A stretch of 24,000 bases of DNA from Bacillus kwashiorkori (GCF_001375515.1 NZ_CTDX01000016.1:446942-470941), one strand, 5' to 3'; shown: positions 1-9,481, counted from the stretch's first letter. Numbers and translations: made by a program. Notes: generated by a model from the letters alone, not told the origin.

Positions 1-114
1 TCAAAACCAGCAAAATTAGAAACTGGTCTAATCGTGCAAGTACCATTTTTCATCAATACTGGTGATAAATTAATTATTAATACTTCGGAAGGTACGTACG
101 TATCCCGGGCATAA
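1..114 (+). CDS. efp: Elongation factor P, C-terminal fragment (5' end outside window)
   Basis: Frame 1 reads [36 protein letters not shown] and stops at TAA 112-114. This is a typical EF-P C-terminus, and efp precedes spoIIIA in Bacillus. Confidence 0.85.
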   Translation, partial: SKPAKLETGLIVQVPFFINTGDKLIINTSEGTYVSRA

Positions 115-133
115 ATAAAATAACTACTTTTTT

Positions 134-163
134 AGGACCTCGATGAAGAGGTTCTTTTTTTTT
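134..163 (+). terminator. Rho-independent terminator after efp
   Basis: 8-bp stem AGGACCTC (134-141) / GAGGTTCT (148-155) with one G-T wobble and a 6-nt loop, followed by a run of T to 163. Confidence 0.8.
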
Positions 164-164
164 G

Positions 165-194
165 TCATACTTTAAAGAATATAACAATACATTT
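165..194 (+). promoter_or_regulatory. Candidate sigma-E type promoter of the spoIIIA operon
   Basis: TCATACT (165-171) resembles the sigma-E -35 (kmATAtt). aATACAtT (187-194) resembles the -10 (CATACAnT). Spacer is about 15 nt. The spoIIIA operon is sigma-E dependent in B. subtilis. Confidence 0.4.
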
Positions 195-239
195 AAAAGT
201 GAGAAAAGCTTTGATTGGAAAAGTGAAGGGCGGATACCA

Positions 240-1169
240 ATGATGGAATCAATATTATCTTTTCTACCATCGAAAATAAAAGAACAACTTAACTACATTC
301 CAAAGACTATTCAACAAAATATTGAAGAAGTCCGAGTAAGAATTAATCGTCCAATAGAAATTATTACGAAGGAAAAAACTTACTATTTGCCATACATCAT
401 TAATACCCATGATAGTGAACAACTATTAAATAAAATTAGTCATCATTCCCTTTACACGTTAGAGGAAGAATTAAAACGCGGGTTTATCACAGTAGAAGGT
501 GGCCACCGGATTGGTTTAGCTGGAAAAGTGATCTTAGAAAATGGACAAGTAAAAGCAATTAGGCAAATTTCTTCATTCAATATTCGCTTGGCAAAGGAAG
601 TTGTTGGCATCGGGGATGAACTAGTACCTTATTTATTTGATAAACAATGGCAACATACGATGATTATCGGTCCACCACAAACTGGGAAAACAACGCTTTT
701 AAGAGACATCGCAAGAATTATAACGACAGGTGTAAAAGAAAAAAACATCCCAGCTCTGAAGGTAGGAATTGTCGATGAACGTTCGGAAATTGCCGGTTGT
801 GTTAATGGTATTCCCCAAATGACGTTCGGAGTAAGAGTGGACATTTTAGATGCTTGTCCAAAAGCGGAAGGAATGATGATGATGATTCGTTCCATGAGCC
901 CGGACGTGTTAGTAGTAGATGAAATTGGCAGAAAGGAAGATAGCGAAGCGATATTGGAGGCGATGCATGCGGGAATTCGCCTTGTAATGACTACCCATGG
1001 AAATTCTTTTGCCGATTTGAAAAAACGCCCAACTTTACAACCGATATTAGAACAAAAAGTTTTTGATAGATTTATTGAACTTTCTAGAAAAAATGGGCCT
1101 GGGACAATTGCCAATATTAAAGACAAGAATGGGATGGAAATAGTGAGAAAAGTGAGTGTTCGGACATGA
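240..1169 (+). CDS. spoIIIAA: Stage III sporulation protein AA (AAA+ secretion-type ATPase)
   Basis: The track ORF 162-1169 begins inside the efp terminator. ATG at 240 follows GAAGGG (225-230) and gives ~309 aa, similar to B. subtilis SpoIIIAA. Walker A GPPQTGKTT is present. It is first in an eight-gene spoIIIA cluster. Confidence 0.9.
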   Translation: MMESILSFLPSKIKEQLNYIPKTIQQNIEEVRVRINRPIEIITKEKTYYLPYIINTHDSEQLLNKISHHSLYTLEEELKRGFITVEGGHRIGLAGKVILENGQVKAIRQISSFNIRLAKEVVGIGDELVPYLFDKQWQHTMIIGPPQTGKTTLLRDIARIITTGVKEKNIPALKVGIVDERSEIAGCVNGIPQMTFGVRVDILDACPKAEGMMMMIRSMSPDVLVVDEIGRKEDSEAILEAMHAGIRLVMTTHGNSFADLKKRPTLQPILEQKVFDRFIELSRKNGPGTIANIKDKNGMEIVRKVSVRT

Positions 1170-1681
1170 TGAAGATTATCGGTGCAGTTTTTATTATCGG
1201 TGCAACGAGTTGGATCGGGTTTGAGGCGGCAAGACAATTATCAGAAAGAGCAAAACAATTACGCTTATTAAAGTCTGCATTACAAAGCTTGGAAGCTGAA
1301 ATTATGTTTGGCCATGCCCCACTTCATGAAGCTTCACGTCGAATTGCAAAACAACTAAAAGAACCGTTATCACAAATATTCGGAAAATTTTCGACGTATT
1401 TGTTAGAACAGGAATTGACAGCAAAAGAAGCATGGGATTTAAGCTTGATCAATACGTGGAACGAGACAGCAATGAAACAAGAGGAGTTAGAAATTTTACA
1501 CCAATTTGGAGAAACACTCGGAAAGCATGACTTAATTCAACAGCAGAAACAAATCCGACTAGCATTGACGCATTTAGAAAGACAAGAAACGGAAGCAAGA
1601 GAAAAACAATTAATATATGGAAAAATGATGAAAAGTTTAGGATTTTTATCTGGATTACTGCTCGTACTTTTGCTAGTTTAG
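1166..1681 (+). CDS. spoIIIAB: Stage III sporulation protein AB
   Basis: 171 aa, the same length as B. subtilis SpoIIIAB. ATG overlaps the spoIIIAA stop (ATGA). N- and C-terminal TM segments are present. It is second in the operon. Confidence 0.9.
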   Translation: MMKIIGAVFIIGATSWIGFEAARQLSERAKQLRLLKSALQSLEAEIMFGHAPLHEASRRIAKQLKEPLSQIFGKFSTYLLEQELTAKEAWDLSLINTWNETAMKQEELEILHQFGETLGKHDLIQQQKQIRLALTHLERQETEAREKQLIYGKMMKSLGFLSGLLLVLLLV

Positions 1682-1720
1682 CAAAAATCATGTTGTCGGT
1701 ACAGTTGGGAGGATAAGAGA

Positions 1721-1927
1721 ATGGGTATTGATGTCGATGTAATTTTCAAAATAGCTGGAGTTGGAATCGTAGTAGCTTTTTTACACACCATATTAGATCA
1801 AGTTGGCAAAAAAGAATATGCCCAATGGGTTACATTATTTGGTTTTATTTATATATTATTTCAAGTAGCATCTATTGTTGAAAATTTATTTCAAAAAATT
1901 AAATCGGTCTTTTTATTTAGTAGCTAG
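1721..1927 (+). CDS. spoIIIAC: Stage III sporulation protein AC
   Basis: 68-aa two-TM protein preceded by RBS GGGAGGA. Size and position match SpoIIIAC. Confidence 0.9.
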   Translation: MGIDVDVIFKIAGVGIVVAFLHTILDQVGKKEYAQWVTLFGFIYILFQVASIVENLFQKIKSVFLFSS

Positions 1928-1939
1928 GAGGGGTTAGCA

Positions 1940-2329
1940 ATTGAAATTTTACAAATAGTTGGTACCGGCTTAATTGCTGCCTTCCTCGCCTTAATTATAA
2001 AAGAACAAAAACCAAATATTGCCTTTTTACTAACGGTATTTACCGGTTGTGTTATTTTCTTATTTTTAATCGACCAAATTTACGTTGTTGTTCAAATGGT
2101 GGAGAGGCTAGCAATTAATGCAAAAGTGAATTTAGTTTACGTGGAAACGATCTTGAAAATCATTGGAATTGCCTATATTGTTGAGTTTGCTTCACAAATA
2201 ACGAAAGATGCAGGCCAAGGATCTATTGCTTCAAAAATCGAGTTAGCAGGGAAAATAATTATTCTTGCGATGGCAGTCCCTATCCTGACAGTACTAATTG
2301 AAATGGTTCTTCAAATGATTCCTTCATAG
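1940..2329 (+). CDS. spoIIIAD: Stage III sporulation protein AD (apparent ATT start codon)
   Basis: The frame is open from the stop TAG at 1925-1927 and reads (I)EILQIVGTGLIAAFLALIIKEQKPNIAFLL..., homologous to the SpoIIIAD N-terminus. There is no ATG, GTG or TTG in frame before 2096. AGGAGGGG (1926-1933) lies 6 nt before ATT 1940. The track ORF 2096-2329 is only the C-terminal part. Confidence 0.75.
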   Translation: MEILQIVGTGLIAAFLALIIKEQKPNIAFLLTVFTGCVIFLFLIDQIYVVVQMVERLAINAKVNLVYVETILKIIGIAYIVEFASQITKDAGQGSIASKIELAGKIIILAMAVPILTVLIEMVLQMIPS

Positions 2330-2374
2330 ACATGTAATAAATTTTGTTATGAAACGGGCTAAAGAGGTGAAAAG

Positions 2375-3559
2375 ATGAAGCAGCGATTCCTCCTATTAAT
2401 AACGTTGAGTTTGTTATTTTTCTGGACAAGCAATGTGCAGGCAGAAACATCGGAATCAGAAGAACAAACACCGTTAAATATCGTCGAAGAACAAATCGAT
2501 AACCTTGATTTAAGTGAAATTCAACGGTTTTGGAATGAAATAACGGAAGAATACGGTGGTTTTTTTCCAAATAGTGAAAAAGGCAGTTTAGTAGACTATA
2601 TAAAAGCAGCTGGTGATTTTTCTTTCAAAGAATGGCTTTTAGGCATTTTGAAATTCATTTTCCATGAATTAATAGAAAATGGGAAATTAATCGGTTCACT
2701 AATAATGTTAACGATTTTCAGTATGTTTTTACAATCGTTGCACAATTCTTTTGAAAAAAGCTCTATAAGTAAAATCGCTTACTCCATTGTTTTTATGGTT
2801 CTTATGATTATTGCATTAAATAGCTTTCATATTGCGATTAACTACGCAAGCCATGCCATTGAAAATATGATTCACTTTACTTTAGCTTTTATCCCACTTT
2901 TGCTCGCATTGATTGCGACTAGTGGAGGAATTGTATCAGCAAGTTTTTTCCATCCAGTCATTTTATTTCTAACAAATATTAGTGGTGTTTTCGTAAATCA
3001 TATCGTCTTACCATTATTATTTTTATCGGCATTATTAAGTATCGTTAGTACGTTAACAGAACATTACAAGGCAACACAATTAGCACAACTTTTAAGAAAT
3101 TGGAGTATCGGACTTCTCGGTATATTTATGACGGTTTTTTTAAGTGTCGTATCTATTCAAGGAACGACCACAGCTGTAGCAGACGGTGTCGCCATCAAAA
3201 CAGCAAAATTTGTAACAGGTAATTTTATTCCAGTTGTAGGCAGAATGTTTACGGATGCAGCAGATACGGTAATTAGTGCATCTGCCTTATTAAAAAATAC
3301 GATTGGGATTGCAGGGGTTGGCATATTACTAGTGTTAATGCTCTTCCCAGCAATAAAAATATTAATGATTGCCTTTATTTATAAATTTTCAGCAGCGCTA
3401 CTACAACCACTTGGAGGAGGTCCGATTATTACTTGCTTAGATGTCATTTCCAAATGTGTCATTTATTTATTTGCAGCACTGGGGATTGTTTCCATTATGT
3501 TCTTTTTAAGTTTAACAGTCATTATTATGGCAGGGAATTTAACAATGATGGTTAGATAA
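2375..3559 (+). CDS. spoIIIAE: Stage III sporulation protein AE (polytopic membrane protein)
   Basis: 394 aa with N-terminal signal peptide (LLFFWTSNVQAE) and multiple TM segments. RBS is AAGAGGTGA. It is fifth in the operon. Confidence 0.9.
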   Translation: MKQRFLLLITLSLLFFWTSNVQAETSESEEQTPLNIVEEQIDNLDLSEIQRFWNEITEEYGGFFPNSEKGSLVDYIKAAGDFSFKEWLLGILKFIFHELIENGKLIGSLIMLTIFSMFLQSLHNSFEKSSISKIAYSIVFMVLMIIALNSFHIAINYASHAIENMIHFTLAFIPLLLALIATSGGIVSASFFHPVILFLTNISGVFVNHIVLPLLFLSALLSIVSTLTEHYKATQLAQLLRNWSIGLLGIFMTVFLSVVSIQGTTTAVADGVAIKTAKFVTGNFIPVVGRMFTDAADTVISASALLKNTIGIAGVGILLVLMLFPAIKILMIAFIYKFSAALLQPLGGGPIITCLDVISKCVIYLFAALGIVSIMFFLSLTVIIMAGNLTMMVR

Positions 3560-3577
3560 ATCAAAGTAGGTGGAAGG

Positions 3578-4195
3578 ATGGAGTTTTTATCTAGTTGGAT
3601 TGGCAATGTTTTAATGTTTATATTACTAGCTGTCATCGTAGAAATGTTACTTCCACAATCAAATATACAAAAATATGTAAAAATGGTTCTTGGATTATTA
3701 TTGATTGTTATCATACTAACACCTATTTTTCAAATATTTTCTGTAGACGTGAATACTTTGTTAAATCAAGTAGCTAATTCTTCCAATGAACAAAATTTTC
3801 AACTAGAAAATTCAATAGAAAATAAGAAAAAAGAAATACAAGCCACTCAAGATGCATATATTTTAGAACAAGCAGCTTATCAATTAAGAGAAATAGTGGA
3901 AAAGGAGTTGATAGAGGAGTTTGGCTTAACATTTCAAGATATTCAAATTGTGTTAAATAATATGGATGGGGACTTTCCGGAAAATTTAAAACATATTTCA
4001 GTCCGGTTAAAAGAGTATAAAGACTCTAATGAAATTGAAGAAGTGCAAGAAGTGCTCGTTACTATGGATCAAAAGCCGAGTAATAATGATGACCAGTTAA
4101 TAACTGCCGTCGCAACATTTCTTTCATCACGATGGGATATAGCAAAAGAGACGGTGAATATTTCTATTGAAAGGGGGAGGGCAGTTAATGAATGA
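3578..4195 (+). CDS. spoIIIAF: Stage III sporulation protein AF
   Basis: 205 aa with two N-terminal TM segments. RBS is GGTGGAAGG. Size and position match SpoIIIAF. Confidence 0.9.
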   Translation: MEFLSSWIGNVLMFILLAVIVEMLLPQSNIQKYVKMVLGLLLIVIILTPIFQIFSVDVNTLLNQVANSSNEQNFQLENSIENKKKEIQATQDAYILEQAAYQLREIVEKELIEEFGLTFQDIQIVLNNMDGDFPENLKHISVRLKEYKDSNEIEEVQEVLVTMDQKPSNNDDQLITAVATFLSSRWDIAKETVNISIERGRAVNE

Positions 4196-4838
4196 AGAAA
4201 AGGGACCATTAACTTCCATAAAGAAATGGCTCAATCAAACGAATAATTCCCAAAATGATAAGCTGAACAAAAAACACTATTTACTACTAGTGCTGGTCAT
4301 AGGAATAGCCTTTATGCTCTTTAGCAGTTTTATCAACAATGATCAAGATGACAAACAATTGCCTGTCACCTCCAATGAATCGGCTGAAGATCGAGATGTT
4401 GAAGTTTTTGGAAAGTCTAAAGATACCGATTTTAATACGATGGCAGAATATGAAAGGTATTATGAAAACTCGATAAAGGAAGCGTTAGAGTCAATTGTTG
4501 GAGTCGAGGATGTAACTGTCGTTGTAAATGTTGATTCAACAGAGAAGAAAGTGTATGAGAAGAATAAAATTCAGAAGAACCAAACTACTGATGAAACCGA
4601 TGCTAACGGTGGAAAACGTAAAGTAGAAGATCGTACAACAGAAGAACAAATGGTCATTATCCGTGAAGCGGAAAAAGAAATACCGTTAGTCAGTGAGACA
4701 AAGAAACCAAATATTCGGGGTGTCCTTGTCGTTGCCAAAGGAGCAGAAAATATTGCGGTGAAAAAAATGATTATTGAGGCTGTAATGCGGGTGCTAGATG
4801 TTCCGAGCCATCGCGTATCCGTTTTAGCGAAAAAATAG
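4188..4838 (+). CDS. spoIIIAG: Stage III sporulation protein AG
   Basis: ATG 4188 follows GGGGGAGGG and overlaps the spoIIIAF stop (ATGAATGA). The protein has a single TM and a conserved C-terminal domain (IRGVLVVAKGAEN...VSVL). The track start at 4167 (TTG) lacks an RBS. Confidence 0.88.
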   Translation: MNEEKGPLTSIKKWLNQTNNSQNDKLNKKHYLLLVLVIGIAFMLFSSFINNDQDDKQLPVTSNESAEDRDVEVFGKSKDTDFNTMAEYERYYENSIKEALESIVGVEDVTVVVNVDSTEKKVYEKNKIQKNQTTDETDANGGKRKVEDRTTEEQMVIIREAEKEIPLVSETKKPNIRGVLVVAKGAENIAVKKMIIEAVMRVLDVPSHRVSVLAKK

Positions 4839-4862
4839 TGTAATAATGGGAGGTAAATGTCA

Positions 4863-5420
4863 ATGATGTTAAAAAAGCAAACTGTTTGGTTATTAACAAT
4901 GTTAAGTTTAGTCGTAGTTTTATCCATATACTATATTCTCTCACCAGAAAATAAAACGAATAATAATGTTGCTCAAGTAAATCAAAATCAAGAGCAAAAA
5001 CAAGAGGAAGCGGATAAAGGGAAGGAAGATAATAAAACAAATATTACAAACGTCACTGGTGATGAAGCGTTTGAAATTATCCGCATGCAATTAGCAGATG
5101 AGCGCAGTAAGGAATTCGAGCAATTGCAAATTATTGCCGCTTCAACGGAACTTACCGCTGAAGAGAGAAGTGAAGCTAGAGATGAGATGAATCGTATAAG
5201 TGATTTTGCAGAAAAAGAAAAAATGTTGGAAACGTTAATAGTATCTAATTTAGGTTATGAAGATGCTTTAGTTCAAGCAGATGAGAGTGCTGTGAAAATT
5301 ACTGTAAAAGGTCATGAGCCATCTAAGACAAAAGCGAATGAAATAGTCCGTATGGTTCAAAAAGAAACAGGTATAACAATGGTAAATGTTGCTTTTCATA
5401 CAGAAAATGAAGAAAACTAA
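4863..5420 (+). CDS. spoIIIAH: Stage III sporulation protein AH
   Basis: The N-terminus MLKKQTVWLLTMLSLVVVLS is nearly identical to B. subtilis SpoIIIAH. GGAGG (4849-4853) is too close to ATG 4857, so ATG 4863 or 4866 is preferred. The exact start is uncertain by 1-3 codons. Confidence 0.85.
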   Translation: MMLKKQTVWLLTMLSLVVVLSIYYILSPENKTNNNVAQVNQNQEQKQEEADKGKEDNKTNITNVTGDEAFEIIRMQLADERSKEFEQLQIIAASTELTAEERSEARDEMNRISDFAEKEKMLETLIVSNLGYEDALVQADESAVKITVKGHEPSKTKANEIVRMVQKETGITMVNVAFHTENEEN

Positions 5421-5423
5421 TCT

Positions 5424-5448
5424 AGTGCTCCTATGGGGCACTTTTTTC
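5424..5448 (+). terminator. Rho-independent terminator after the spoIIIA operon
   Basis: Stem AGTGCTCC (5424-5431) / GGGGCACT (5435-5442), 3-nt loop, then TTTTTT. Confidence 0.8.
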
Positions 5449-5468
5449 CATTCATCCATACTCATTTA

Positions 5469-5497
5469 TTGTAAATCTGTTAAAACTGCTGTAAGAT
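5469..5497 (+). promoter_or_regulatory. Candidate sigma-A promoter for accBC
   Basis: TTGTAA (5469-5474), 17-nt spacer, TAAGAT (5492-5497). It lies between the spoIIIA terminator and accB. Confidence 0.35.
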
Positions 5498-5551
5498 ATT
5501 ATCGTATAGTATTAGTATCTAGTCATAAATTAATCATAAGGGGTGCTAAAA

Positions 5552-6052
5552 TTGCTAAAAGTACAAGAAATTCGTGAACTAATTAGACTTGTAGACCAAT
5601 CAAGTATTAATGAATTTGATTATGAATACGACGGTTTAAAATTAGTAATGAAAAAAGCGGTAAAAAATCCGATTGTAAATGAAGTGCAACAAGTTGTTCC
5701 ACAAGAGCCAATTGTTACTGTAGCCCAACCGAACAACGTTCAACAGGAAGTAAAACAACAAGTGGCTGAACCAGCTGTACCTTTAGAGCCAACTGTAAAA
5801 AATGAAGAAAATCTTCATCCAATTACTTCGCCTATGGTAGGGACGTTTTATCAAGCTCCTTCACCAGATGCTAATCCTTATGTTACTGTCGGCGCCAAAG
5901 TTGCTAAAGATACGATAGTATGTATTGTCGAAGCAATGAAACTATTTAATGAGATTGAAGCAGATGTCAACGGAGAAATTGTTGAGATATTAGTAAAAGA
6001 TGGCCAATTAGTAGAATATGGTCAGCCACTCTTTTTAGTGAAAGCAGAATAA
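5552..6052 (+). CDS. accB: Biotin carboxyl carrier protein of acetyl-CoA carboxylase
   Basis: TTG 5552 lies 8 nt after AAGGGG and gives [13 protein letters not shown], aligned with the B. subtilis AccB start. The biotinylation motif [11 protein letters not shown] and C-terminus QPLFLVKAE are conserved. Confidence 0.92.
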   Translation: MLKVQEIRELIRLVDQSSINEFDYEYDGLKLVMKKAVKNPIVNEVQQVVPQEPIVTVAQPNNVQQEVKQQVAEPAVPLEPTVKNEENLHPITSPMVGTFYQAPSPDANPYVTVGAKVAKDTIVCIVEAMKLFNEIEADVNGEIVEILVKDGQLVEYGQPLFLVKAE

Positions 6053-6063
6053 GGGGTGGGAAT

Positions 6064-7419
6064 GTGATAAAAAAAGTTTTAATTGCAAATCGTGGAGAGA
6101 TTGCCGTAAGAATTATTCGGGCATGTAAAGAGTTGAATATCGAAACAGTTGCTGTGTATTCAGAAGCTGACCATGAAGCATTGCATGTTCAATTAGCAGA
6201 TGAAGCATATTGTATCGGACCGAAAACTTCCAAAGATAGTTATTTAAACATAACAAATATACTAAGTGTAGCCAAATTAACTGGCTGTGATGCCATTCAT
6301 CCTGGGTACGGCTTTTTAGCGGAAAATGAAAATTTTGCAGAGCTTGTAAAAGAATGTCAATTAATTTTTATCGGACCAAGTCCAGAAGCGATAGCAAAAA
6401 TGGGTACGAAAGATGTTGCTAGGGAAACGATGAAACAAGCAGGGGTCCCAATTGTACCTGGTTCCAACGGAGTGATAGCAAATATAGAGGAAGCTATTCA
6501 CATTGCTGAAAAAATAGGTTATCCTGTTATTATAAAAGCTACTGCTGGTGGTGGCGGAAAAGGGATTCGTGTAGCACGCTCAGAGGAGGAACTTATTAAA
6601 GGAATTAATATCACTCAACAAGAAGCGGCAACAGCTTTTGGCAACCCAGGGGTCTATATTGAAAAGTACATTGAAGATTTTCGTCATGTGGAAATTCAAG
6701 TACTCGCCGATAACTATGGCAATGTCATTCATTTAGGTGAGAGGGACTGTACGATCCAACGAAGACTGCAAAAGCTAATAGAAGAAGCTCCATCTCCTGC
6801 ATTAAACGAAGAAATTCGTCATAAAATGGGAGAAGCAGCAGTAAAGGCAGCAAAGGCAGTAAATTATTCAGGTGCTGGTACAATCGAGTTTATTTATGAT
6901 TATCGCAATCAACAGTTTTATTTCATGGAAATGAATACGAGAATCCAAGTAGAACACCCAGTTACAGAACTAATTACTGGTGTTGATTTGATAAAAGAAC
7001 AAATTCTCGTTGCTTCAGGTGAAAAATTATCTTTAACACAAGAAGAAGTACAATTTTCCGGTTGGGCGATTGAATGTCGGATAAATGCGGAAAATCCTGC
7101 CAAAAACTTTATGCCATCTGCTGGGAAAATTAATATGTATCTACCGCCAGGAGGTCTTGGGGTTAGAGTCGATTCTGCAGCCTACCCTGGTTATATGATT
7201 CCGCCTTATTATGACTCGATGATTGCGAAACTTATTACATATGGTAAAACAAGGGAAGAAGCAATCAATCGGATGAAACGGGCGTTAAATGAATTTGTCA
7301 TTGATGGAATTCATACGACCATTCCTTTTCATTTGAAAGTATTAGACCACGAAGCATTTAAATCTGGTCAATTTAATACAAAATTTCTTGAATTATATGA
7401 TGTAATGAGAGAAACTTAA
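6064..7419 (+). CDS. accC: Biotin carboxylase subunit of acetyl-CoA carboxylase
   Basis: 451 aa with GTG start after AAGGGGTGGG. It is near-collinear with B. subtilis AccC ([20 protein letters not shown]..., [23 protein letters not shown]). Confidence 0.97.
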   Translation: MIKKVLIANRGEIAVRIIRACKELNIETVAVYSEADHEALHVQLADEAYCIGPKTSKDSYLNITNILSVAKLTGCDAIHPGYGFLAENENFAELVKECQLIFIGPSPEAIAKMGTKDVARETMKQAGVPIVPGSNGVIANIEEAIHIAEKIGYPVIIKATAGGGGKGIRVARSEEELIKGINITQQEAATAFGNPGVYIEKYIEDFRHVEIQVLADNYGNVIHLGERDCTIQRRLQKLIEEAPSPALNEEIRHKMGEAAVKAAKAVNYSGAGTIEFIYDYRNQQFYFMEMNTRIQVEHPVTELITGVDLIKEQILVASGEKLSLTQEEVQFSGWAIECRINAENPAKNFMPSAGKINMYLPPGGLGVRVDSAAYPGYMIPPYYDSMIAKLITYGKTREEAINRMKRALNEFVIDGIHTTIPFHLKVLDHEAFKSGQFNTKFLELYDVMRET

Positions 7420-7437
7420 TAAGGAGGTGGATTTTTT

Positions 7438-7830
7438 ATGGCAGAAACAAGTGCATTAGAAATGTCCCAAGGCGGATTAGGAAAAATTGAAATAGCTCCT
7501 GAAGTAATTGAAATTATTGCCGGAATTGCCGCATCAGAAATTGACGGTGTTTCCTCAATGCGAGGTAATTTTGCAGCAGGGGTCGTTGAACGTTTCGGCA
7601 AGAAAAACCATGGTAAAGGTATAAAAGTAGATTTAACAGATAATCAAGTAAAAATTGATGTATACTGTGTATTAAATTTCGGTGTTTCGATACCAAAAGT
7701 GGCAACAAAAATGCAAGAACATATTAGACAAACACTTCTTACAATGACAGGTCTTGAAACAGAGGAAATTAATATTCATATTGTCAATATTAATTTTGAG
7801 ACGCAAAAAGAAGAAAAAACTGAGGAATAA
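7438..7830 (+). CDS. yqhY: Asp23/Gls24 family (alkaline shock protein-like) protein
   Basis: 130 aa with strong RBS AAGGAGGTGG. It shows Asp23-family features (IAPEVIEIIAGIAASEIDGV). Its position after accC matches B. subtilis yqhY. Confidence 0.85.
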   Translation: MAETSALEMSQGGLGKIEIAPEVIEIIAGIAASEIDGVSSMRGNFAAGVVERFGKKNHGKGIKVDLTDNQVKIDVYCVLNFGVSIPKVATKMQEHIRQTLLTMTGLETEEINIHIVNINFETQKEEKTEE

Positions 7831-7834
7831 AGGG

Positions 7835-7870
7835 AAGCCAAGGTGGGGAAACCTGCCTTGGCTTATTTTA
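7835..7870 (+). terminator. Hairpin terminator after yqhY
   Basis: 9-bp stem AAGCCAAGG (7835-7843) / CCTTGGCTT (7856-7864), followed by ATTTTA. The T tract is weak. Confidence 0.6.
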
Positions 7871-8126
7871 CGAAAATTTTTCCGCATGAACGACGTAGCT
7901 TATCATGAAACATATCTTCATTAATAAAGATGAAAATGTAATACCACATTAAATTTGAGTAAAGTGGTAAGAAGGGCGGGAGATTGGATCAAACAGCCCG
8001 TATTTCCCGATTGATTAGCCCAGCACAATATGGTTACAGAAGAATACTTGTTTTACATTTGATGATTTGGGGGATAAGGTAAATACCCACTGATGGAAGT
8101 TATACTTTATTTTCTTGTCAAAAATA

Positions 8127-8135
8127 TGCTATTAT
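8127..8135 (+). promoter_or_regulatory. Candidate extended -10 promoter upstream of nusB
   Basis: TGcTATTAT (8127-8135) matches TGnTATAAT, about 45 nt upstream of the nusB ATG. The -35 is poor (TTATTT). Confidence 0.3.
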
Positions 8136-8180
8136 CTACATAGCTATTTTGGAACAATTAAGTATTAAAGGAGTAAGCAT

Positions 8181-8567
8181 ATGAATAGAAGGACAGCAAG
8201 GGAAAAAGCATTACAAATTATTTTTCAAGTGGATGTCGGAGGAAATGACTTACATAAAGTAATGGACCATTATGATGATCCGTTTTTATTGGAAGTAGTC
8301 AATGGGACCTTTGAACATCTTCAACCAATTGATCAGTTTATTGGTGAACATTTAGAAAAATGGTCTTTTGACAGACTCGCCAATGTAGACAAAAATATTT
8401 TAAGAATGGCTACATATGAAATGAAATATATGGATGAGATACCTTATAATGTCACAATCAATGAAGCGGTTGAAATAGCGAAGAAATTTGCTGATGAAAA
8501 AGCAGGTGGCTTTATTAACGGAGTATTATCGAAAATGAAGCTTAGTTTAGAAAATATGGAAAAATGA
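8181..8567 (+). CDS. nusB: Transcription antitermination factor NusB
   Basis: 128 aa with RBS AAAGGAG. The N-terminus MNRRTAREKALQIIFQ and the C-terminal GFINGVL motif are typical of NusB. Confidence 0.95.
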   Translation: MNRRTAREKALQIIFQVDVGGNDLHKVMDHYDDPFLLEVVNGTFEHLQPIDQFIGEHLEKWSFDRLANVDKNILRMATYEMKYMDEIPYNVTINEAVEIAKKFADEKAGGFINGVLSKMKLSLENMEK

Positions 8568-8593
8568 AGTTGCCCTATAGAGGGGGGAAGACA

Positions 8594-9448
8594 ATGTCAA
8601 GTGTTATAATCGATGGAAAAGCTATAGCTAAGAAAAAACGAATTGAAATCAAGCGAAAAGTCGAACAGTTAAAAATACAAGGAATTATACCAGGTCTTGC
8701 TGTCATTTTAGTTGGAGAGGATTCAGCGTCTAAAACATATGTACGTAATAAACAAAAAGCGTGTATGGAGACAGGCATTCAATCATTTTTATTTGAATAC
8801 GAAGCTAGCGTCACAGAAACTGTCCTTATCGAGAAAATAAAGGAGTTAAACGATAAAGAGGATGTACATGGTATTTTAGTCCAGCTACCTCTTCCTAAAC
8901 ATATAAATCCGAAAAACATCATTCAAGCGATATCCCCAGATAAAGATGTAGATGGCTTTCATCCAATTAATATTGGGAAAATGGTGTCAGGTGAGGACGG
9001 ATTTGTCCCGTGCACGCCGCTTGGCATTATTCATCTTTTGAATGAAATAAACTATACTATTCGTGGAAAGCATGCGGTCGTTGTCGGAAGAAGTAATATT
9101 GTCGGAAAACCAATGGCTCAATTATTATTGAATATGGACGCAACGGTTACCATTTGCCATTCTAAAACGAACCAATTGGAAAATTATACAAAAAATGCCG
9201 ATTTATTAATTTGTGCGGTAGGTAAGGCAAAGTTCTTGGGCAAAAATCATGTAAAAGATGGTGCTGTGGTCATAGATGTTGGGATGAACCGGGACGAGAC
9301 TGGAAAATTATGTGGCGATGTAGACTTTAATCATGTGAAAGATGTCGCAAGTTACATCACTCCCGTACCAGGTGGTGTCGGTCCGATGACGATAACGATG
9401 CTTCTTGAAAATGTAATTAAAGCAGCAAAAAATATTAACAAAATTTAA
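8594..9448 (+). CDS. folD: Bifunctional methylenetetrahydrofolate dehydrogenase/cyclohydrolase
   Basis: ATG 8594 follows AGAGGGGGGA and gives MSSVIIDGKAIAKK, 284 aa. Conserved motifs GRSNIVGKPMAQLL and PVPGGVGPMTI are present. The track start at 8564 is an upstream in-frame extension. Confidence 0.95.
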   Translation: MSSVIIDGKAIAKKKRIEIKRKVEQLKIQGIIPGLAVILVGEDSASKTYVRNKQKACMETGIQSFLFEYEASVTETVLIEKIKELNDKEDVHGILVQLPLPKHINPKNIIQAISPDKDVDGFHPINIGKMVSGEDGFVPCTPLGIIHLLNEINYTIRGKHAVVVGRSNIVGKPMAQLLLNMDATVTICHSKTNQLENYTKNADLLICAVGKAKFLGKNHVKDGAVVIDVGMNRDETGKLCGDVDFNHVKDVASYITPVPGGVGPMTITMLLENVIKAAKNINKI

Positions 9449-9481
9449 TGGAAAACACCGTTTAATTAAATAATCAATATG

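Noticed and set aside
162-239. N-terminal extension of spoIIIAA from TTG 162
   Set aside because: The extension starts within the T tract of the efp terminator and contains the putative sigma-E promoter. ATG 240 has an RBS and gives the expected length.
629-1237. 202-aa antisense ORF within spoIIIAA, and similar antisense or alternate-frame track ORFs (e.g. 1449-1691, 2280-2570, 3463-3714, 3595-3777, 4571-4927, 4771-5040, 6918-7103, 7416-7887, 8575-8778, 9963-10209, 10658-10846, 10990-11354, 11837-12031, 13029-13238, 13674-15066, 15261-15690, 17945-18565, 18635-19268, 20873-21079, 21808-22032, 23626-23811)
   Set aside because: All lie inside well-supported conserved genes on the opposite strand or in another frame. 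They lack RBSs and give low-complexity or implausible proteins.
5386-5577. 63-aa + strand ORF spanning the spoIIIAH end, the terminator and the accB start
   Set aside because: It crosses a rho-independent terminator and a promoter, has no RBS, and overlaps two real genes out of frame.
7863-7949. 28-codon - strand ORF (MWYYIFIFINEDMFHDKLRRSCGKIFVK) in the yqhY-nusB spacer, considered as a small hydrophobic toxin-like peptide
   Set aside because: There is no Shine-Dalgarno sequence upstream. Its 3' end overlaps the yqhY terminator hairpin, and the evidence is insufficient for a call.
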